Shown: positions 7,072 through 12,185 of the stretch, piece by piece
How the letters are laid out: each line of letters opens with the position of its first letter
Numbering within the stretch: position 1 is the first letter of the stretch
IMG/VR virus record: IMGVR_UViG_2541047898_000011
Strand: one strand, 5' to 3'
DNA: 12,185 nt
DNA from: a virus
Lineage: Duplodnaviria > Heunggongvirae > Uroviricota > Caudoviricetes
Position numbers and translations under genes: made by a program
The notes under the pieces: model-generated
Seen by the model: the letters and a program-made list of their open reading frames with translations, nothing else
The model's database searches: none
Told to the model about the DNA's origin: nothing

Positions 7072-7097
7072 GTGATAAAAAGCCACCTTTCGGTGGC
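7072..7097 (-). terminator. Rho-independent terminator downstream of the repressor gene
   Basis: gccacc-tttc-ggtggc hairpin followed on the minus strand by TTTTTA, 20 bp after the cI stop. Confidence 0.5.
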
Positions 7098-7117
7098 CGA
7101 TGGATGGGATATTGAAG

Positions 7118-7810
7118 TTAATTATGTCTCTTAAGGGTTTGCGACTGACTGATTAAGACCTTTCCAAAGACCATGAATCGGTGTTCGTTTTCGCTAGTAA
7201 TTCCCCATTCACGGTAAATCTGGTTATCAGAAATCACCAGCAGTTTGTCAGGAATCATTTGAAGTCTTTTAACGTATATTTTGTCATCAAAACCAAAGAC
7301 ATATATACCATCACCATCAAACTGATTGATGCTGACATCAACGAAGATGAGATCTCCTGGCTCAATGGTTGGACACATACTGTCCCCACGAACGTTGATA
7401 ACTTTGATGTGATTGGCTGGTCGTCCGCCGAACATTGATACAGCATTATCAGTTCTGTATTCGATGGCATGAATCACATCAATGACATCACCGCCCTGGA
7501 TAAGGCCATTTCCCGCACTGGCACTGATATCCAACATTTCAATACGGAACACATCCTTCACCTGCGCAACATCCTCATCATTACTGTTTTTATATACAGT
7601 ATTACTTTTGAGGGCAGAGGTAAAGAGATCAGCAATATCAACACCTAAGCTCTTGGCAATATTACTCAGTGTTTGTTCGGTAAATTGTTTCTGCTTACCC
7701 GTTTCTAAGCGCGAGATGTTCGCCGCATCTACTCCTATTGCTTCAGCGAGATCGGCGATTTTCATGTTCTTCGCTTGGCGAAGTTGTCTGACTCGTTTTC
7801 CTATGTTCAT
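7118..7810 (-). CDS. cI-like prophage repressor (HTH XRE domain plus S24 LexA-type peptidase domain)
   Basis: 230 aa; N-terminal HTH (IADLAEAIGVDAANISRLETG), Ala-Gly site in SASAGNG, GDSM serine and a downstream lysine (VKRLQ); no SD before the ATG, consistent with a leaderless transcript. Confidence 0.85.
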   Translation of the reverse strand: MNIGKRVRQLRQAKNMKIADLAEAIGVDAANISRLETGKQKQFTEQTLSNIAKSLGVDIADLFTSALKSNTVYKNSNDEDVAQVKDVFRIEMLDISASAGNGLIQGGDVIDVIHAIEYRTDNAVSMFGGRPANHIKVINVRGDSMCPTIEPGDLIFVDVSINQFDGDGIYVFGFDDKIYVKRLQMIPDKLLVISDNQIYREWGITSENEHRFMVFGKVLISQSQTLKRHN

Positions 7811-7907
7811 GCGTTTATTACATTTCTTTATTGCGTGATAAGCAAATCAACTTGCGCAAAATACTTGCGTGAAATAACATGCATAACGCGCAATATTTGG
7901 AGGATAT
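7811..7907. promoter_or_regulatory. Divergent promoter/operator region between repressor and cro-like gene
   Basis: TTGCGTGATAAGCAA (7831-7845), palindrome TTGCGCAA (7852-7859), CGCAAaatacTTGCG (7855-7869); SD GGAGGA at 7898-7903 before the cro ATG. Confidence 0.55.
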
Positions 7908-8168
7908 ATGCAATCACCATTACGAAATGTGCGTAAGGCGCATGGTTTCACTTTGCAGCATGTTGCTGCGGGTGTTCAAGTCAATCCAGCGACGTTGAGT
8001 CGTATTGAGAGGCTGGAGCAGATTCCATCTATCGAGCTTGCAGAACGTTTAGCCAATTTTTTTAAGGGTGAAATCAGCGAAATGCAGATTCTTTATCCGG
8101 CACGTTTTCAATCTAGCCAAAACCAGAATGGGTTTAAACCACAGGAACAGGAGGTGAACCGTGGGTAA
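7908..8168 (+). CDS. Cro-like HTH (XRE family) regulator
   Basis: 86 aa; HTH FTLQHVAAGVQVNPATLSRIE; first gene divergent from the repressor. Confidence 0.7.
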   Translation: MQSPLRNVRKAHGFTLQHVAAGVQVNPATLSRIERLEQIPSIELAERLANFFKGEISEMQILYPARFQSSQNQNGFKPQEQEVNRG

Positions 8169-8712
8169 GCATCACTGGAAAATAGAAAAACAGCCTGAGT
8201 GGTACGTGAAAGCTGTCAGAAAAACTATCGCGGCGTTGCCGGGTGGTTACGCTGAAGCGGCTGATTGGCTCGATGTAACAGAAAACGCTTTATTCAACCG
8301 CCTTCGTGCAGATGGCGATCAGATTTTCCCGCTGGGATGGGCAATGGTTTTACAGCGTGCTGGTGGCACTCACTTCATTGCTGATGCTGTGGCGCAGTCT
8401 GCAAATGGCGTATTTGTGTCTCTTCCTGACATCGAGGATGTGGACAACGCCGATATCAACCAACGCCTGCTGGAGGTCATTGAACAGATCGGCAGTTATT
8501 CAAAACAGATTCGTTCAGCAATTGAAGACGGTGTAGTGGAACCGCATGAGAAGACAGCAATTAACGATGAGCTGTACCTCTCAATTTCGAAGCTGCAGGA
8601 GCATGCAGCACTGGTCTACAAAATCTTTTGCGTTTCAGAAAGTAGTGACGCCCGCGAGTGTGCAGCTCCGGGCGCCGTGGCGTGTCGTGACTGTGGAGAA
8701 ACTAACGCATGA
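8161..8712 (+). CDS. CII-like lysogeny regulator (phage 186 CII / CP76-type, YdaT-like)
   Basis: 183 aa; GTG start with AGGAGG at 6 nt; position after cro; architecture resembles 186-type CII as I recall it. Confidence 0.5.
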   Translation: MGKHHWKIEKQPEWYVKAVRKTIAALPGGYAEAADWLDVTENALFNRLRADGDQIFPLGWAMVLQRAGGTHFIADAVAQSANGVFVSLPDIEDVDNADINQRLLEVIEQIGSYSKQIRSAIEDGVVEPHEKTAINDELYLSISKLQEHAALVYKIFCVSESSDARECAAPGAVACRDCGETNA

Positions 8713-9047
8713 ACAGTTTAACAACACACTACCGTCGCTCGCAACTGATTGCGCTTCCTGTACCGGGTGGAAAAGCGAAGGTGGAGTATTGCTATGCAGT
8801 GAATGTACCAGGTGACAGGGAAATTGTAACCCACAGCTTTGCAGAGTGGGCTGTGGGTGATTTCAACCGGCAGAAGGAGACAGTCCTTTGCGACAAGTTA
8901 ACCGCTGGTTCAAAGATCACTACGGAGTGCCCGTCAGAGTCATTCGTTGGGAACCGGAAACACAACGGGTTATCTACCTCCGCGAAGGCTATGAGCATGA
9001 GTGCTTCAGCCCGCTCGAACAGTTTCGTCGTAAATTCAGGGAAATAG
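8709..9047 (+). CDS. Hypothetical ORF translationally coupled to the CII-like gene; C-terminal half doubtful
   Basis: ATGA overlap with the upstream stop; N-terminal 55 aa protein-like, C-terminal part Ser/Ala-rich and low-complexity; a different frame looks more protein-like from 8861. Confidence 0.3.
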   Translation: MNSLTTHYRRSQLIALPVPGGKAKVEYCYAVNVPGDREIVTHSFAEWAVGDFNRQKETVLCDKLTAGSKITTECPSESFVGNRKHNGLSTSAKAMSMSASARSNSFVVNSGK

Positions 9048-9067
9048 AGGTCGGTCATGAGCACTAA
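8888..9067 (+). CDS. Candidate small protein in an alternative frame (TTG start), coupled to the replication gene
   Basis: AAGGAG at 8874-8879, 8 nt spacer, TTG at 8888; reads [40 protein letters not shown]...; stop at 9065-9067 overlaps the replication gene ATG at 9057. Confidence 0.3.
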   Translation: MRQVNRWFKDHYGVPVRVIRWEPETQRVIYLREGYEHECFSPLEQFRRKFREIEVGHEH

Positions 9068-9998
9068 ATTAACCGGCTATGTATGGGATGGTTGCGCAGC
9101 GTCAGGCATGAAATTATCCAGCGTGGCAATTATGGCCCGCCTGGCTGATTTCAGTAATGACGAAGGTGTGTGCTGGCCATCAATTGAAACCATTGCCCGC
9201 CAGATTGGCGCGGGGATGAGTACCGTCAGAACGGCTATCGCACGGCTGGAAGCAGAAGGCTGGTTAACGCGTAAGGCGCGTCGCCAGGGTAACCGCAATG
9301 CGTCGAATGTTTATCAGCTTAACGTTGCGAAGCTTCAGGCAGCGGCATTTTCTCAACTGTCAGATTCTGACCCGTCAAAATCTGACGCATCAAAATCTGA
9401 CCCGTCAAAATTTGATGCGTCGAAATCTGGCAAAAAAGCGGGTTTTCACCCGTCAGAATCTGGCGGGGATCCGTCAGTAAAATCAAAACATGATCCGTCA
9501 GATAAAAAACCTTCTCGTCCGGACGCTTCGCAACCGGACACGCAGACGGCTGAACAGGATTTTTTAACTCGCCATCCTGATGCGGTTGTATTCAGCCCTA
9601 AAAAACGCCAGTGGGGGACGCAGGATGATTTGACCTGCGCACAGTGGCTCTGGAAAAAAATCATCGCCCTGTACGAGCAGGCAGCCGAATGTGACGGCGA
9701 GGTGGTTCGTCCCAAAGAACCGAACTGGACAGCCTGGGCAAACGAAATTCGCCTGATGTGTGTGCAGGATGGTCGTACTCACAAACAAATCTGCGAGATG
9801 TACAGCCGCGTCAGCCGCGATCCGTTCTGGTGCCGTAACGTGCTCAGCCCGTCGAAGCTGCGGGAAAAATGGGATGAGCTTTCCCTGCGCTTATCGCCGT
9901 CCGTCAGCACATACACAGAAAAACGTGAAGATCCGTACTTCAAATCCAGTTACGACAACGTGGACTACAGCCAGATCCCGGCAGGATTCAGGGGGTGA
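9057..9998 (+). CDS. Replication initiator, lambda O-like (N-terminal winged HTH, iteron-encoded linker, C-terminal domain)
   Basis: 313 aa; N-terminal HTH; internal SDPSKSDASKSDPSKFDASKS linker encoded by tandem 15 bp DNA repeats; position after cII. Confidence 0.65.
   Translation: MSTKLTGYVWDGCAASGMKLSSVAIMARLADFSNDEGVCWPSIETIARQIGAGMSTVRTAIARLEAEGWLTRKARRQGNRNASNVYQLNVAKLQAAAFSQLSDSDPSKSDASKSDPSKFDASKSGKKAGFHPSESGGDPSVKSKHDPSDKKPSRPDASQPDTQTAEQDFLTRHPDAVVFSPKKRQWGTQDDLTCAQWLWKKIIALYEQAAECDGEVVRPKEPNWTAWANEIRLMCVQDGRTHKQICEMYSRVSRDPFWCRNVLSPSKLREKWDELSLRLSPSVSTYTEKREDPYFKSSYDNVDYSQIPAGFRG
9361..9510. repeat. Putative origin of replication: four 15 bp iterons plus CCGTCAG-containing repeats inside the initiator gene
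   Basis: TCTGACCCGTCAAAA (9366-9380), TCTGACGCATCAAAA (9381-9395), TCTGACCCGTCAAAA (9396-9410), TTTGATGCGTCGAAA (9411-9425); cagattctga at 9361-9370 recurs inverted at 9454-9463. Confidence 0.55.
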
Positions 9999-10489
9999 TC
10001 ATGAGTCTTTTGAATGAAGTTCAGAAATTCATTGAAGCCCATCCGGGGTGTACTTCCGGAGACATTGCGGATGCTTTTGCAGGTTACTCACGGCAGCGCG
10101 TTCTGCAGTCAGCAAGCAAGTTACGTCAGAGTGGGCGTGTGGCTCACCGTTGTGAAGGAGATACACGCAGACATTTCCCGCGCCTGACTGAGAGAGCGCA
10201 GGAACCGGAACCACAACCAGTTCGTGAAACCAGACCTGTGCGCAATTTCTATGTCGGCACTAACGACCCCCGGGTGATTTTGTGCCTGACCCGCCAGGCT
10301 GAAGAACTGGAGTCCAGGGGCTTATACCGTCGTGCTGCAACGGTGTGGATGGCGGCATTCCGTGAAAGCCACTCCCAGCCAGAACGAAACAATTTTCTGG
10401 CGCGTCGTGAACGGTGTTTACGGAAAAGCAGTAAGCGGGCTGCATCAGGTGAAGAGTGGTATCTCTCAGGGAATTACGTGGGGGCTTAA
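9995..10489 (+). CDS. Phage protein with N-terminal winged-helix-like region and C-terminal PerC-like motif
   Basis: 164 aa; C-terminal LE..G.YRRAA..W...R......RR..CL pattern resembles PerC/Pch regulators as I recall them; ATGA coupling with the replication gene. Confidence 0.4.
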   Translation: MIMSLLNEVQKFIEAHPGCTSGDIADAFAGYSRQRVLQSASKLRQSGRVAHRCEGDTRRHFPRLTERAQEPEPQPVRETRPVRNFYVGTNDPRVILCLTRQAEELESRGLYRRAATVWMAAFRESHSQPERNNFLARRERCLRKSSKRAASGEEWYLSGNYVGA

Positions 10490-11142
10490 TGAGTAATAAA
10501 TATTGCCAGGCGCTGGCGGAACTGCGGAACAAACCAGCCCATGAACTGAAGGAAGTGGGCGATCAGTGGCGCACGCCGGACAACATTTTCTGGGGAATTA
10601 ACACCCTGTTTGGCCCGTTTGTTCTGGATCTGTTCACTGACGGTGATAACGCCAAATGTGCTGCGTATTACACGGCGGAAGACAACGCGCTGGCGCATGA
10701 CTGGTCAGAACGCCTTGCGGAGCTTAAAGGTGCTGCCTTTGGTAATCCCCCATACAGCCGCGCCAGTCAGCATGAGGGGCAATACATCACCGGCATGCGT
10801 TACATCATGAAGCATGCCAGTGCCATGCGTGATAAAGGCGGGCGCTATGTTTTCCTGATCAAAGCTGCCACCAGCGAAGTGTGGTGGCCGGAAGATGCAG
10901 ATCATATTGCTTTTATTCGCGGGCGTATTGGTTTTGAACTGCCTGCCTGGTTTATCCCGAAGGATGAGAAGCAGGTGCCGACAGGCGCTTTCTTCGCTGG
11001 TGCTATTGCTGTTTTCGACAAGACCTGGAAGGGACCGGCAATCAGCTACATCGGGCGCGATGAACTTGAGTCATGTGGTGAGGCCTTTCTGGCGCAGGTT
11101 CGCCAGCAGGCAGAAAAACTGGTCAGGGAGATGGCGGCATGA
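10489..11142 (+). CDS. Phage Dam-type DNA N6-adenine methyltransferase
   Basis: Motif IV NPPY (GAAFGNPPYSR); preferred start ATG at 10489 (MSNKY) overlapping the upstream stop as TAATG; ORF track gives 10456-11142. Confidence 0.7.
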   Translation: MSNKYCQALAELRNKPAHELKEVGDQWRTPDNIFWGINTLFGPFVLDLFTDGDNAKCAAYYTAEDNALAHDWSERLAELKGAAFGNPPYSRASQHEGQYITGMRYIMKHASAMRDKGGRYVFLIKAATSEVWWPEDADHIAFIRGRIGFELPAWFIPKDEKQVPTGAFFAGAIAVFDKTWKGPAISYIGRDELESCGEAFLAQVRQQAEKLVREMAA

Positions 11143-11465
11143 CGACGTTAACTCAATGCCAGCAGCAGGTGCTGGATATGCTGATTTCTTATCAGAAAGA
11201 ACGTGGCTTCCCGCCAACCAATCAGGAGGTGGCAACCATGCTGGGATACCGTTCAGTGAATGCAGCGGTGGAGCATCTTCGCGCACTGGAGAAAAAAGGC
11301 GTCATCACGATAAAGCGTGGCGTGGCCCGGGGCATCACGCTTCATACCGCGGTGAAGGACGACGACAGCGAGGCGGTCGGGATTATCCGCGCACTGCTTG
11401 CCGGTGAGGCAAACGCCAGGCTGCGTGCAGCCCACTGGTTACATGAGAGGGGCCTGAAAGTATGA
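11139..11465 (+). CDS. LexA DNA-binding-domain-only protein (no peptidase domain)
   Basis: 108 aa; LTQCQQQVLDMLISYQKERGFPPTNQEVATMLGYRSVNAAVEHLRALEKKGVI closely parallels the LexA N-terminus (LTARQQEVFDLI...[34 protein letters not shown]); ATGA coupling. Confidence 0.55.
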   Translation: MTTLTQCQQQVLDMLISYQKERGFPPTNQEVATMLGYRSVNAAVEHLRALEKKGVITIKRGVARGITLHTAVKDDDSEAVGIIRALLAGEANARLRAAHWLHERGLKV

Positions 11466-11851
11466 AGCTAATACTGCCTTTTCCGCCCAGCGTGAACACG
11501 TACTGGCGACACCCCAACAAAGGGGCGCTTGCAGGTAAGAGCCTGATAAGCGCGGCGGGGCGAAAATTCCAGAGCGCAGCGTGTGCAGCCATCATTGAGC
11601 AGTTACGTCGTCTGCCGAAACCAACGTCGGCACCAGCTTCAGTGGAGATCGTGTTGTTTCCTCCGGATAACCGGCTTCGCGATCTGGACAACTATAACAA
11701 GGCGCTGTTTGACGCCCTGACCCACGCGGGTGTGTGGGTGGACGACAGCCAGGTGAAAAGAATGCTGGTGGAGTGGGGGCCGGTTATCCCGGAAGGGAAG
11801 GTCGAAATCACTATCAGTAAGTACGAGAAAACGGCGGGTGCAGCCGCCTGA
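11462..11851 (+). CDS. rusA: RusA Holliday-junction resolvase
   Basis: 129 aa; LPFPPSVNTYWRH and RDLDNYNKALFDALT...VWVDDSQV match RusA motifs; usual position in the ninR region. Confidence 0.8.
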   Translation: MKLILPFPPSVNTYWRHPNKGALAGKSLISAAGRKFQSAACAAIIEQLRRLPKPTSAPASVEIVLFPPDNRLRDLDNYNKALFDALTHAGVWVDDSQVKRMLVEWGPVIPEGKVEITISKYEKTAGAAA

Positions 11852-11870
11852 TTAAGAGGAGAAACGAAGT

Positions 11871-12185
11871 ATGAATAATCTGATGGTTATTGATGGTATT
11901 GAAGTTCGTCGTGATGCTTATGGGCGTTACAGCCTGAACGATCTGCATCGCGCAGCAGTAGCATCTGGTGCAAATGCCAGAACCAAGGAGCCAGGAAAGT
12001 TTCTTTCCAGCCAACAAACTGTTGAGCTTGTTCATGAATTAACCAACACCCAGAATTTGGGTGTTGACCCGGTGAGTGTGATTCATGGGGGAAATGAACG
12101 GGGAACGTATGTCTGTAAGGAACTGGTGTATGCCTATGCAATGTGGATCAGCCCGTCATTCCATCTGAAGGTGATCCGTACTTTC
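11871..12185 (+). CDS. KilA-N domain protein (Roi/antirepressor-like), 3'-truncated by the window end
   Basis: ATG at 11871 with AAGAGGAG upstream; reading frame open to the end of the window; pattern GRYSLNDLHRAA...GTYVCKELVYAYAMWISPSFHLKV typical of KilA-N. Confidence 0.6.
   Translation, partial: MNNLMVIDGIEVRRDAYGRYSLNDLHRAAVASGANARTKEPGKFLSSQQTVELVHELTNTQNLGVDPVSVIHGGNERGTYVCKELVYAYAMWISPSFHLKVIRTF

Noticed and set aside
9298-9480. 60 aa plus-strand ORF with repetitive TRQNL units, and CRISPR-like periodicity
   Set aside because: It is an alternative frame through the 15 bp iterons inside the replication gene; the repeats are contiguous with no spacers, so this is not a CRISPR array and not a separate gene.
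10895-11407. 170 aa arginine-rich plus-strand ORF
   Set aside because: It lies in an alternative frame over the Dam methyltransferase and LexA-like genes, which have clear motifs and coupled starts; its composition is low-complexity.
11887-12141. 84 aa His-rich minus-strand ORF
   Set aside because: It is antisense to the KilA-N gene, which has a good SD and a recognisable domain pattern.
1-12185. Integrase, attachment site, tRNA or insertion sequence
   Set aside because: No tyrosine or serine recombinase-like ORF, tRNA-like cloverleaf or terminal inverted repeat pair with a transposase was found; the prophage ends are presumably outside the window.

Overview
This window reads as the immunity and early region of a lambdoid prophage from an enterobacterium, with a gene set resembling the E. 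coli K-12 CPS-53/KplE1 remnant. All calls are made by eye from the sequence and ORF track; no searches were run. Layout: a plus-strand two-gene operon (1-991) whose second gene looks like a YafO-family toxin; a leftward early operon on the minus strand (1018-6833) with PrtN/excisionase-like, DEDDh exonuclease, small membrane protein, small methyltransferase, HD hydrolase (YfdR-like), YfdQ-like and YfdP-like genes and a ClpX-type zinc-finger protein; a cI-like repressor (7118-7810) flanked by operator-bearing regions; and a rightward operon with cro-like, CII-like, an O-like replication initiator containing iterons, a PerC-like protein, a Dam-type methyltransferase, a LexA-DNA-binding-domain-only protein, RusA and a truncated KilA-N gene. 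The most unusual part is 5118-6642: a GC-rich, strongly structured non-coding segment followed by two tandem cassettes, each bounded by identical repeats (A about 91 bp, B about 63 bp) and each carrying a small plus-strand gene antisense to the early operon. No tRNA, rRNA, CRISPR array, integrase or IS element is visible.
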